A DNA stretch of 64,000 bases from Chrysomallon squamiferum (Eukaryota; Animalia; Mollusca): NCBI GenBank assembly GCA_012295275.1, contig CM022670.1, positions 4,836,001-4,900,000 on the forward strand. The letters run 5' to 3'. Within the stretch, counting starts at the first letter, position 1, and the number at the start of each line of letters is the position of its first letter. Positions 15,216 to 28,760 of this stretch are shown here, in pieces. Both the position numbers and the translations under genes were made by a program. The notes beneath the pieces are model-generated. The model searched no databases. It saw nothing but the letters and a program-made list of their open reading frames with translations, and had not been told where the DNA came from.

Positions 15216-18200
15216 ATGTATCGGCAGAGTCTTCAGTTGCAGAGCACGAAGATGGCTGAAGACCAGTTTCTGCATCGCCTAGGTAACCTGCCAGTGGTGA
15301 ACTCAGCCTGGACGAATGCCTCCAGTTTGTACCAGAAAACCAAGGAGTGGAACTGGCTGACTCGGACCACTCTTGGTATTGCTGAGTTCACTGTGATGAC
15401 AATGGCAGAAACCGCTAAACCCATTGTCAACAAGTTTCAGCCTCAAAGTTAGTAAGAATTTTTTCTTTTTTTAAATGTATTATCTAACACATTTAGGTTA
15501 ACAAGCATTTAAAGACTTTTAAAATATGTCGGAGGTGTAAGTGCTAATGTGGAACAAATTTCAGACACCATGTAAAGTACTGGTTAGGCTATTTAATGTC
15601 CTTAATAAATATGATTGAATGTCAGTGCTTATTCTGTAATTATATTCTTTATTTGTATATAATGTAAATTGAACAATATAATTTTTTTTTTTTTTGTGTT
15701 TGTTTTTTTTTACAGGAAGATAAATAAAAAAAAAAAATTAAAAAAAATTATTTTATGCCTATGAATTATTTAACTGGATGAAGGCATCTAAAAAAACATT
15801 TTAAAAACAGTAGATCATGCCTTGTTTGTATCTGCAAAAAATAACCAAGAAACAACTTTAACTCACAACATTATAACACCTTTTTACAAGAAATTTCATT
15901 TTTAACTGAAATATCATCCTTTTTACTCTTCTCCTTTTCTCAAAAGCCATGTTCTGAATTGCAGTTCTGTTCTGATTTGAAAATCCATGTTGTCAATCAA
16001 AGCAATGCTACTGATCCCCAAAGTTTCTCTTTAGGTCTACCATTACTTTCATTCTTATTTTCAAATTAACTGAAAATGCATTCTGTGTTGCAGTTGACAA
16101 AGTGAATGGTATAGCCTGTGAACAGTTGGCCAGACTAGAAGAGAGATTTCCAGCCATTGCCCATTCCACAGACCAGGTGTTTACTGATTTGTGATAACTG
16201 ATCTTTATAGCAAATTTACTGAAGTGACACTGTAATTTAGGAATTGCAAACAAGTAGAAAGCAGTTTCTTGATAGCAGTTCACAGAATTTTTTAAATTTT
16301 TTTTTTTTTTAAACTTTAAATTATTAAAGTGTAGTAAAAATTAATGCCCAAGTAATTCCTCCTTTTTTATTTAATTTTATTTTTTTTATTTATTTATTTA
16401 AGCTTGTTGAAGAAAGTAAAGAAGCCTGTAAGACAGTGTTAAAACCTGTCACTGACCGCATTACAGCTGTCAAGGATTTCAGTACCAGTGCATACAATGG
16501 AGTAGTCAACACTGGGGTACAGAAGGTAAATTTTTCATCATTTTTAAAAAAGCCTGAAAACTTTACTAAATCCTTTAATGAAATTACTCAAAGTCTCTGA
16601 AGATCGATTTAAAAATAGGTAATTACTAAAATACACTGAAATTTTAATTTCGTGAAAATTGAAGAGAAAAAATTGTTACATGTTACATTGTTTTTTTAAT
16701 TCTTGTACAGGTAAACCAGGTGAAACAACTGGGTACCGATGCTGTGTCAGGTGTGATGGTCTATGGTGATGTTCTGTTCACCAAAACATTCAATAACACG
16801 TATGGTCAGTATTTATTACAAGGAGTTGATGGAATTTTGTCCATCTCAGAGATGTATGTGGACAAATATCTTCCTAGTGATGAAGGTAATTAAATATTCA
16901 CATTTCACTGGGTGCACATCCATCACCCTTATCACTCATGTCAAACACACCAAAGCCTGACACCCATTTTTTGTATTGTGCATCAAAATGCAAATAACTG
17001 ATGTTTGTGAGAGACTGGGAACTCTTTTTTTGCTTTCTATTTGTTCCTGTTTATCTGCACATCTAAACCCATGAAGGACATAATAGTGACCACTTCCCCA
17101 ATCTTATTCTCAGACTGATATCAAGAAAACATTGACTCCATACAGGTGTTCATAGGTGTACAGTGAATGAAACTGGCACAATATTCTGTTGTTATAGTGA
17201 CTTGCACAAGATAGTTCAGAAATACTGGTTTTATCCATTTCATAAGTAAATAGAGTTTGGGCCTTCCACTGGTGTTGTATATTACTTCAGTGGATGTGAT
17301 TGTTTGAATAGGTTGCTGTCAATTTAGTATTTAATTCCTCATCATACAGTCATAAAACCACTTTAAAAATCCCAAGTATATACCCTGACGTTTTTTTTAA
17401 ATTATTTTTTTTTTTTTTTTTATATTTATAAACAAAGCAATGAAAATAAAATATTTCATTCAGAAAAACCTCATCTTCAGCAGCAAGGCAAGAGACAGAA
17501 ATTAAATTCAGTATTAAAAATGCTCTATTGCCATGTAAGAGTTCATTTATCCAAATATTTCTTTGATTATAAATAAAAATAAAAGTAAAATGACTTTCAG
17601 ATGAAGGAAAGGAGAATGTAGAGAAGACGTCCACAGAAAATCCAGTTTTCCGATCGTACAAGCTGAGTGTGAAAATCCGCCGCAGGCTGTACAAACACGC
17701 TGTGAGTGAACTGCAGGTCATCGAGGTCAGAGTTCGCGATTTACTGACAGCAGCCAGTGGCACCATCAGCTTAGTAAGTTGAAAAAAAAGAGTAAAATAT
17801 TAAATTACACCATATTTATGATGCATCATTTAGTAAAAATTGATGTACTAAAAAGCATTTCCAATTCATCTTTTGTTAAAACCAAGATAGCAAAAATATA
17901 TTAACTAAATTATCTAGGAATTAAACAAAATGAGCCAGAAAAATGAGCAACAGGAATTTAGTATTTTCTCTTGTTGCATGAACGAATACTGGGTTTTAAT
18001 TCATCTCATAAGCTAAGAATAAAATGTTTCTTCCCATCTTGAATATAATTTTGAGAAATTTAACTACCAATCTATATTTTGAATATAGTTTTGAGAACTG
18101 ATTTGTAATGCAACATTTCTTCCAGTTGGATAATGTTAAACTTGTGAAAACCAGAGTCACTGGCTCTGTCAGTCTTGTACACGAGAGGCTCATAGCAACA

Positions 18201-20245
18201 TGGAATAAAATTGTCAGTGAAGAAATTAATGAAGATTCACAGGTGCAATTTAATTTTTTTCCCCACAAATTATCCATTGATTTTTTCAATTTGAGTATCA
18301 TTATGACTCAAAATACAAAAATATTTTTAGTTATACAGGGTGTCCCAGAAGTCACGCACCATGAAGATTTTTATTTAGATACATATGAATAAAATTTTTA
18401 TTAATAATAATCATAACAAATGCTCAAATTGCCCTCTGCATTGATACATACTTCAATTCTCTTTATAAAACTGTTTTTTACTCTGTTGAGGGTTTCGCTA
18501 CTAATTTATGTGTATCTAAATAAAAATCTTCATGGTGCGTGACTTCTGGGACACCCTGTATAAAACAAACAGTTCATTGTCCACATTAATTTTCTACTGG
18601 ATCAGAATCTGGCTTATGCCACAATGGAAGAGTAATTTATAATTTTCAGTTTTGTTAGTGAAATCTTCAAGGATTCAACACCTAAACATCTTGCTCTGCA
18701 TGAAGTTTTAAAAAATCTTAAAATTAAATTAGTCTGTTTCATAGATAATCTTCACACATTCAGAAACAAAATTTTGTGTTTTGTTTTATGAAGAGATTAG
18801 AAGACAGAACTATTCTGCTAGCTCGCCGTTTGGCCAATCATCTGCAGACTGGACTAGCAACACTGACCCTGTTTGTGAGCAACCAGCCGAGCCAAGTGAT
18901 TGACAGACTGAAACAGGCTGAGAAATACGCGGCTGATGTCTACCTCGTCTTCATGAAAGTAAGCTGACACATCACATCCTAGAAAAAAAACATAAATGGT
19001 GCTCATTTCCATTTATTAAACAGTATCATAGCCAAAACAAAACTGAAATGGAGTTTGTTATATATTAACTTTTGAATGGCTGTTATCTGAAATAATTCAA
19101 GCATGTGAAAAAAAAAAAATATATATATACAGGTTCATGCCACTGAAAGGAGATAAACTTAATTAAAGAAAACGAGCACTTATGTTTATTAAAAATATAA
19201 ATTTTTTTAAATTGAAAGCAGAGTTCAAATCTAAACTTTCTGTGTTAATGCTTCATTTTTAAGAAGACGAAATATGAAGAAATTCCCGCATGGCTGCTAG
19301 GTCAGACCCGAGAGAGAATCGCTTACATTCAAGAAGCTTTGAGCCTGGCAACCGAGTATCTGCTGTCTTCACCTCTCAACTGGCTTGTAAGTAAAAACTT
19401 ACAGCAGTTCCTAACAAACACACTGCACTAACTTTTCATTTAATACTCACATTTTGCAGTTTATTACTAATTTTTAATGAGCATTTCAAAGTTTCTAGCA
19501 GTATTTGCAAAATTTTAATCATGTTTTATGTTCCTAATTAGTTGTATAACTTGTGCAGCTTCAGTTCATAGAATTTAAATTTATATTGAACTGGCAAGTT
19601 CAGGCAGCAAAAAAAAATAAAAATAAATAAATGTAAATGTATTCAAGCATTTCATGTTTCCAGTAAAATGTTTTTTTTTTAAATTTTATCTCGGTATTAA
19701 TGCACTTTGTACTAACTACATGATGCAAAATGGTGGAAGGTGAGTACGTCCAAACCATTTAAAATTTTGAAGACTGAAAATGTGATAGATTAACAAAGAT
19801 GATGTAGAAGATGATGCACAATGTACCACATTTGGTAAGTTTGACATGTTTTATTTAACTTCATAAACTTTTGTGTTGCTTGCTTTTTTGCACAAAATTT
19901 ACTTAATGCTTTTCCTTTTAATAGGAATCACAAGTTCTCTTGCATTCTGTATGAACTAAATTTTACATTAGAGCAAAACCAGACTAATACACATTTCCAC
20001 ATAACATATTTTATTAGAGCTTTTTGGTGCTTAATTTATATATAAAATAGTAATTAAAACCTTATCTTGTAAATAAAACCTAAATCTTTGAATGTGAAAA
20101 ACCTTTCAGAAATGATGACTTGTTTCACTGGAATAGTGCTGACCATTTTACTTCACATTTGTTAATTTTCTTATTTTTACAGGTGTCAGTTTCCAAAATG
20201 TCTGGAAAAGTTACTTTAGAAGTTTCTGAAAAGTCCAGGCAATGA
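15216..20245 (+). CDS. Perilipin (PAT-domain lipid droplet protein, PLIN2/3-like), ~417 aa
   Basis: Exons: 15216-15447, 16094-16176, 16403-16525, 16711-16885, 17601-17773, 18126-18242, 18794-18958, 19264-19386, 20183-20245. All are GT-AG and in frame. PAT-domain motifs RLGNLPVVNSAW, ACEQLARLEERFP and VDKYLP, plus C-terminal PLNWLV. The second ATG at 15252 has the better Kozak context. Confidence 0.9.
18336..18558. mobile_element. Tc1/mariner-type MITE, 223 bp, in a perilipin intron
   Basis: Perfect 48-bp TIRs (CAGGGTGTCCCAGAAGTCACGCACCATGAAGATTTTTATTTAGATACA), flanked by TA on both sides (18334-35, 18559-60). No ORF. Confidence 0.92.
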
Positions 20246-21205
20246 GAATGAATTCCATATCAACAGTGAAGAGCCAGTGATTTTCAGTTTAGTGCTAAAA
20301 CTTGCAGTTCTTGCCATGTATGATGTGATTTGGACTTGGACATTGCTTTCTTGTTTACGTCTGTAAATTAGTTGCTATATTTGTAAATAAAATATTGCAG
20401 AATTTGTCTCTGGTTTTTCTTCTAAATTTCTTTTTAATTACTTTTTTTGAATTACAAACTTCAAAAACAAACGCGGCATTCAGAAAAGTATATCCAGTCT
20501 TCAGAAAGTTGTATAAAATCTTGGACTTTCTAAAATTTGGAAAACTTTCAAATAAAAGAAACTGGATTTCAAATATATCATTTTCTAAAAGTGTACTTGC
20601 ATACTGCAGAGGGTAATAGGTAAAACAGTTTTAGATTTTGGATTGTGTAAATACATGTTTTCCTGGAAGGTGATAGTAATATTGTTAATATATTATTGGA
20701 CATCAACTTTCACAGCTATTAATAATTCTATACTCTTTCCCTATAGTCTGAACTAGATTTTATTTTAATAAAATCTTCATTTGCTTTGATTTCATCTTGC
20801 ACATGTTCTCCAGCCAACCTATTTGGCCTTACTTTAATTTATATAAAAAAAAATTCATAACACAAATATATCACTTCAAATCATTTAGTTTAAATAATTC
20901 ATAAACCTACTTCTACCCAACCCATACAAGTAAGTGTTGTATGATGAGTTTTGATATTTCACTGTATACTTTCTTAATCAAAATATAAATTCTAATTACA
21001 TAAAAAAAAAAATTTTTAAATTAACATGTCTATATTTATGTGCAACCCTTACTTTCTACAAAACTTAACTTCAGAATCTGGTTTTCTGTTCTTTTATTCA
21101 TCATCAGTTTTTAAGCAATGTCATATTAACATCTTTTTCTGAAATTCTGAATACACTATTAACCTGAAATGTTGATAAATATTGATTTAAACTTTTTATT
21201 TTTAG

Positions 21206-21328
21206 TCATTTGATCTGGAGATAGAAAACCTGTTCCTTGATGAACCTGAAATTGTCAACTGCAATGGAACTGCTCACATCACTCAAGAATGTGTTGGTGT
21301 ATATTTTGTACAGAATAATTACCAGTGA
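21206..21328 (+). CDS. Alternative terminal exon of perilipin (SFDLEIENLFLDEPEIVNCNGTAHITQECVGVYFVQNNYQ*)
   Basis: Strong acceptor TTTTTATTTTTAG at 21205, phase 0 matching donor 19386. 40 open codons in otherwise stop-rich AT DNA. Confidence 0.6.
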   Translation, partial: SFDLEIENLFLDEPEIVNCNGTAHITQECVGVYFVQNNYQ

Positions 21329-21974
21329 TTTTTTACAGATAATTTTGTTATATTATAGGGCTGGATTTAGACAGAAACATGTACACAATATATTTCTAAC
21401 TTGACATATTTTTCTATTCTGTATTTTATCTTTTTCAAAATATATTTTTACTTTGTTATGCATTTATTATATTTGTTTACTCAGTACAAGCTGATTTTAC
21501 AATGAAAGATAAACAATTTAAAATAATAACAGCAGTAATGATAATAAATTTTTAATAATAATAGTAACAATAATAATAAAATATAATTTGTAAATGTAAG
21601 GTAAGAATGTAAGATAAGGTAACAACTTTCAAAAAAATGTTTATTTTATGAATTGAACGTGTAAGATGATTGTAATGCTTATTTAAATAAGTTTTAAATA
21701 TATAGATAAACATTCTTTATATAAAATAACATTTATTCACATATTTCAAATATTTTGGGTCAAGAATAAAAATAAAAATTAAGACACCCACCTGCATTTG
21801 TACACATCGTCTCTTTTACAAACATGAAGACATTTAATTATTGTGATAAATTTTTATTCATGTTTTCAGTTGTATGTATTTACATAATATGTGATAATTT
21901 TTGAAATTATATTTAACTATTTTATAATTATGTATATAAATTATATTTAATTTATTCTTTAAATTAGTGAGACT

Positions 21975-22007
<33 letters not shown>

Positions 22008-22941
22008 AAATGTGATACATTTATTCTGATTTCTCATTCTAGAATGTTAATTTAAAAATTATATGCAAAGTGTGAAAATATTAAATACAACAAAATATTT
22101 AAATGTTATTAAAACAATGACTGAACAAATAATAATATAGAAATGGGAGAAATTTTATTCTGGAAGAAATAAATTTCAAGGTAAAGTGAGATTACTCATA
22201 ACTATATCAGTCTAAATCTTTAAAAATTGATCAGCAAAACAATTAGACAACACAGTCTGTTTTGGTGGGGAGGGGAAGTCACAACTAGACTACCACATCA
22301 TTTTGTTTCATTATTTGTAATATATATAATTTCTTTTTTTAAATTAAAATTTTAATTTTTATTTTTAAAATAGATCTTTAAGGGGAGTTAAATGATTTTA
22401 AATAGTGGAAAAATGATAAACAATTTACCTTTTTATTTATTTTATAGTCTCAACAGAACCTGCTTTGAAAATGTGTATTTCTCAGTCTGTCCATCTTAAT
22501 GTTTGTGTCACTATATGCATCCTAACCATATCTGTTTATTTCCTCATGTATTCAAATTTAGATATTTTATATTTCATTTTATATGCACACACATTTGTTG
22601 CTAATGTTTATGTATATACTGAAGTTAAATAAAGTTATTAAAAACAAAACTGTATGTTGATCATTATGGTTATGCAACATATTGCCAGCATGCATGTGTA
22701 CATAAATAAATAAATAAAATAAAATAAAATAAAATAAAACAAAGATAATTAAATGGCATGGTAGCCAGTACATTTTAATAGCAACAGATCTGACACCACT
22801 GATAAAACAATAATACGAAATATTTCGAAATAAAGTAATATTGTTATAATTAACTATCTTTTACGTGAGCTCTGATGTTACTTATAAAATATAACATGCA
22901 TTGGCTCGCCTTAAAACGGCGGGTGTTACCACGAAAGAAAT

Positions 22942-24574
22942 ATGGAGCTGTTCTGGGAACTTGCCGGCGTTATTACATTTTTTAAAGTTCTTTTCTACCG
23001 GCATAGTTAGTTAATTTTTATATTTTTTACTTCACTTTTTTATTATTGTATAATGTCAATCTATCAAGATGTCATTACGAAATGATGATTAATATTATAA
23101 CTCATGTTCGCCGTGGCAGTTTGTTTTGGGTGATTTCCTCCACTAAAGTTCGATAACTGCAATCAATGTCAGCAAATTATATTCCATTAATGGAAAAATT
23201 TAGGATCATTCCATTATCTGTCATTTAAAAACTACACGTGCCTCCTGTTTAAAGATTAATAATAATAACAATAAAATTTGTTAAACTGAACTTTTTTTTT
23301 TTTTTTTAAATTATTTATTTATTTTACTTGTAGCAGATCAACAGATTTTGAAGTTCATCGAAATTGGCTTGCCATAACTCACAGCTTAAAATTAAAAGAC
23401 TGGTACTTAGAGGTAATAACTTTAGCACACACACACACATGTAATTAAGTCATGTTACTAAAGGTAACATTCTTACAATTTAAAACAAAACAATTTTTAT
23501 TTATTATTATTATTATTTCAAATAAGATATATAAAAATAATAGTTCCACTTTATTCCATTACATATAATTATTTTATTTTTAATTTAATCCTTTATTTTT
23601 TTTAATTTTTTTTTTTTTAAATTGACTTTATACTACACTTCCATTTGAGTCATACTTCAACAATGAGAGGTGAACATTTTTACAGTTTATACCAGGTATT
23701 TTGTGAATAATTAAAAATAAACTAATTAGAACATCCAAACTTGTTATTTATCTAGCACTTTTAACATAACTGTATTATTCTTTCTTCGTCCTCTCACATT
23801 TTTTGTTTTTTCTTCAACAGAATACATCAGAATGGACTCTTGATTACCCACCATTGTTTGCATGGTTTGAATACCTCCTGTCTCAGCTGGCATTTTACTT
23901 TGATCCAAAGATGTTGGTGGTTTCAAATTTCAACTATGCAAGCCAAGAAACCATCTTCTTTCAGAGGATTTCTGTCATTATCACAGATTTTGTCTTCATT
24001 TATGCAACCCATCAGTATGTTTACAGTTTAATTCTTAATATCAGTTCTTTGCTTTGTTGTTGTTGTTGTTGTTGTTGTAGCAGTACTGGTATTTTTAATT
24101 ATGACAGAGCTAATCTTAGTTTTATTTTATCATCAAATTTTTATCAAGAATAAAAAAGGAAACATTTTTTGTTTATGCAATTTTGCACATGCTCAGTTTA
24201 TATTAAGCAAAATCCACATTAATATTTTTCATATATATATATATATATATATATACTAGTATATGTATGTGTGTAATAACAGTTGTCTGCATCTGGTAAT
24301 TCCACTGATTTGTTAATTGTTCAGGTTTTGTACAAAATGTATAAGAACGAAGAAGAAAGATGGAGACTTGTTTGAGAATCCTCCTCTTGTTCTTGGTTTA
24401 TTGCTCATGTACAACTTTGGATTACTCATTGTGGATCATATCCTTTTGTTTTAAAGTTTTATTATGGATATAAATTCTGATATTTTTGTGGTTTTTATTC
24501 TGTTAAATACCAACATATTTTATTTAAGAAAAAATCATATTAAAGGTTATTGTTTATATACATGTAATTTTTTG

Positions 24575-24621
<47 letters not shown>

Positions 24622-27600
24622 TAGCAGGAAAACATTTCTGAGAGTAAAAGTCACTATGCACAACAAAAACAAAAAAATTCCAAAATAATCACTGCATTTA
24701 AATTTTAATTTTATTAAATTTATTTTATATATTAGACCAATAAAATATATTTTATTATTAATTCAATGTAAAGTTGTAACTCTTTAACTGTTCTTCAGAC
24801 ATTCATTTTCAGTACAATGGATTTCTGATGGGAATTATGCTCCTGTCGATTGTCAGAATATATGAGGTAAAAGTAATAATATGTTATCTTGGAAGCTGAA
24901 TAACCAAGAGAGTACATTGTGCTGCCATTAGGTAGAATTTTTGCCTCAGCACACTAGATCACAGGTCCAGTTCTTGTCAGTGTGTGAATATTGGGTTTTT
25001 CCCAATCCAGCCAGTGTCTGGAAAACACAGTTTTCACATGAAAGACCATAGTGTGTGTTCTTCAGACTTTGTGATAAGGTGCACATATTTAAAATCTCCA
25101 TTACAAGTATTAGTAATTCAAGGAAGTATAAGGAGCCCATTGGTTTTTAAATAAAGTCTTTTTGCCTGAATTTTACTTAAAATAATTTATATATCTTCAT
25201 GAATTAAAATATTCTACAAACGTTCATGCAGGTTGTGTTAATTCCATTAAAATAAGGGGCAGTATTATTTACAGCAGACTACTAAATAGAGGGCTGCTTT
25301 ATTATTAGCAAAGAATATCGTTTAAAAATATTTATTTGCAATGCTATAGATAATATTTATTATTTTTTAAATAATAAAACATTTTGTTCTGTTTGTTTCA
25401 TTTTCCAGGGTAAATGTTTAGCAGGAGCATTTTGGTTTTCTGTGTTGTTAAATCTTAAACACATTTACCTGTACATTTCACCTGCCTTCTTTGTCTACCT
25501 GCTCAGGTGTTACTGCTTCAGCAGCTCATCAGGCAAGAAAGAAAGAGTTTCTTAATTCATTAATTATTACCAGCATGACATTATATAACACAAATAATAC
25601 AATTCCTTGCTAAATATTTCTTTAACCAGAGTTTAAACATTTTTAAATTGAATATTTAAATCGCTATTTCTTTTAATTATTCATTAACTGTTCATAGGGT
25701 AACAAAGAAAACATCTCTTAATGTTTAGCAGCATGATATTGAAGGGGGAAAATAATTACAATTTTTCTAAATATTATTTGACATCAAATTAAACATTTTT
25801 AAACTGAATATTTAAATCTGTTAACCTTATTGACAATAAGTATAAGCAATAATAATTTCCCATATTATGTTTGGCATACATAAAATTAATTTATCCTGAT
25901 AAACAGTATGAGTTCCACAATTTATGAACAAGCTTCAGGAAAACTTAATCAGGTAAATTATCAGCCCCAAATTGGTCACTGAATGCTTTTGCACTGGCCT
26001 GCAATAATCTTTAATCTTCTATTTCAGATGGACGGATTCGATGGACATCATTTTCTGTTAAAAAATTTACTCAGTTAGGTTTGATTGTTGTGTTGGTCTT
26101 TGGAGTTTCATTTGGGCCATTCATGTATCTAGTGAGTAAGACAGCATTTTCAATAAATGAACCAAGGAGTATCTATTCAGCAAACATTAGAAATGTTTAT
26201 ATTAAGTGTTATAGACAAAGTACCCTTGGTTTTTGTAATGGAAGTATAGACAGAAGTAGCTGGTGCCACCACATTATTGCCAGCAAGGGATCTTTAATGC
26301 TTTTAAGAAAGAACATGCCTGAGTCTTTAGTACATCAAACTTCAATAATTTTAACATCAGATATCCCAAAAACTGATATCTGTTGGTGAGATCATGCTGG
26401 GGCCAAGACCTTTAGATAAATATTAGTATCACATTAATATGTTGATTTGTTAATTTAATTTACACATGCTCAGGAATGTGTATTTATTAAAGAATACTTT
26501 TTAACATTTTTTAAAAACTCTTTTGCAGGGTCAACTACCTCAAGTCCTTTCCAGACTCTTTCCATTCAAACGTGGTTTATGTCATGCTTACTGGGCACCA
26601 AACATCTGGGCTCTCTACAATGTGGCTGATAAAGCAGCAACAGTGGCTTGTAAGTTTCTTTAATTCTTTAGACACTCTTCAGAACAAAATGTCACATCTC
26701 ATTACGCTACCCAGCTGTTTTAAATATTTTCCTTTTCATGGAAGACATCCGTTTTCACTATTTAATCAAAATAAATTGGTGAATAGCAGCATTTGTTCCT
26801 TCAGTAATTTATCACATTATGATCCATTTGTTTTTCTTTTCCCAGTGGTGAAAATGAAATTGATAAACTCAACATCAACTGCTTCAATGACAGGAGGATT
26901 AGTACAGACTTTTGATCACACAGTTCTGCCATCAGTAACACCACCTGTTACCCTTGTACTCACATTCCTAGCCATGTTGGTAAGAGTTTGTTTTAAAAAT
27001 CTCTTTTAAAACTTCCAACACATTCTTGATCTAACCCTGTAATGTTGCATTTTGTTGTGTGATTCGTTGCGTGTGTGTATTTTATTTTATTTTTTTCAGT
27101 GGAATTAAATTTAAATTTGTTCCGGTACAAAAATATATCCATTATGATAAGCATTAGAGAATTAGAACTTATTATCTCCAAATTTTTATTCTTCAGCCAG
27201 CCCTCTTCCATCTCTGGAGAAATGTTAAAGGTCCACAAAGTTTAGTTAGATGCATTGTTCTCTGTGGTCTGGCTTCCTTTATCTTTGGTTGGCATGTCCA
27301 TGAAAAGGCAATACTACTTACAATCATTCCATTTACGTAAGAAATATTCATGTATTCATTTTTGCCAGGCTTATTTAATATCAGAAAATGTTATAATGTC
27401 ACCCATTATAATATTTAACATTAGATAAGATCCTAAGGTCGTAAAAATGTAGTCATTTATCACCTTGGTCAGTTGACATTAACAGCTCACATGATTTTAG
27501 GGTAGACAGATTATACATCTGGATTGTTTCCAAGACAAATAAAACTTGAAATTCCTTAAGAACACTGATAAACTGTAGGACTGGTCTTACAGAATTTTGT

Positions 27601-28760
27601 TTTTTTAAAGTAGTGTATGGCTTGAAAATGAATGTTTATTATAAATAGTTTATTGGTTTTGCTTATCATTATACATTATTACTGGGTTTTTTATTGATTT
27701 GTTGAACTTGCTGTTTATATACTATATAGATACTTCTCAATTTTATAAAAGTTGCTCCTAATTATTATTTTTTATTGTTAGATTGCTCATCACAGGAAAA
27801 AAGCGAGATGCAAATACGTTTTTGATTCTCACCACAATAGGTCACTATTCCTTGTTCCCTCTCATCTTTACACCATTTGGTATGTTATTATTTCTTATAT
27901 TTTTCTCATTTACATCACAGTTGTTTCTTAATGTTTGTATGTGCTGATTCCAGATAACTGTTTCATCTCATTTAATAAATATGTATAAAATAATAAATTA
28001 AATAAAAACACTGTTTAATACTTAAATAAATTTAATTTTTTTATTTTCAGAAACTCCCATTAAAATTCTTATGATGGTAACATACACCATATATGCATTT
28101 TCAAGTCTAGGCACCATACATGGGTGAGTATTATTATTATTAATAAACATACTAATATCAAGGATAACATCATCAAAAATCTTCTGAACATTTTTGAAGG
28201 AAAATAATTAACGAAATAACTCATTCAGAAAGATTTACAATTTAATTATTAAATTAATATTTGTATAATTCTTCTCATCATAAATTATTTTATAAATCCT
28301 TTGGCACTTAATATTGTTTCAAATTATATTTATCATTTTGCAAATCATCTGTATTTGTGTGATAATGTTTTTTCTTATTCCAAGATTTATTATTGATCTT
28401 TATCTTGTTATTATATAATTATATATGTAAATAGATAATTTGAATTTTTAAACTATCTGATAATGTTTTAATTTGTTTTTCTATTTAATTTTCTGTCTTA
28501 AATTTTTTTATTTCAGATCATCTAAGATACTGCTACAACTGCCATTACTGAATTGTTTTGAGACAGTCTATCTTTTCGGAACTGTATTTCTTGAAATTTA
28601 CAATGGTGCTATACATCATGTGCTTGGTTTACACCACAAAATGCCTTTCCTTCCTCTATTACTTACCTCAGTTTACTCTTCATTAGGAGTGCTATACTGC
28701 TGGAGTAGATTTTACTGGATCACATTGCAAGATAAACCAAAGAAGTTTAAAACAACATAA
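22942..28760 (+). CDS. ALG8: Dolichyl-P-glucose alpha-1,3-glucosyltransferase ALG8, ~518 aa (1-nt frameshift in exon 1 as assembled)
   Basis: Exons: 22942-23005, 23334-23412, 23821-24014, 24325-24437, 24799-24866, 25409-25532, 26028-26131, 26529-26649, 26846-26979, 27197-27336, 27782-27879, 28051-28123, 28517-28760. Motifs [51 protein letters not shown] and [11 protein letters not shown]-terminal KFKTT is a KxKxx ER-retrieval signal. Confidence 0.96.
24438..24798 (+). other. U12-type (minor spliceosome) intron with AT-AG termini in ALG8
   Basis: 5' splice site ATATCCTTTT at 24438. Branch site TCTTTAAC at 24781-24788, and 3' end TTCTTCAG at 24798. This junction restores the conserved D-H-I-H-F-Q-Y-N-G. 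Confidence 0.88.
25533..26027 (+). other. GC-AG intron in ALG8
   Basis: CAG|GCAAGA is the only nearby phase-1 donor that joins YCFSSSS to DGRIRW. Confidence 0.8.

Noticed and set aside
19789-19840. Possible extra perilipin exon (INKDDVEDDAQCTTF, G|GTAAGT)
   Set aside because: Good donor but a poor polypyrimidine tract, and its phase-1 end does not fit the phase-0 terminal exons.
22975-22995. Programmed -1 frameshift as explanation for ALG8 exon 1
   Set aside because: Slipping on TTT TTT meets TAA at 22983 at once, and there is no valid X XXY YYZ site after it.
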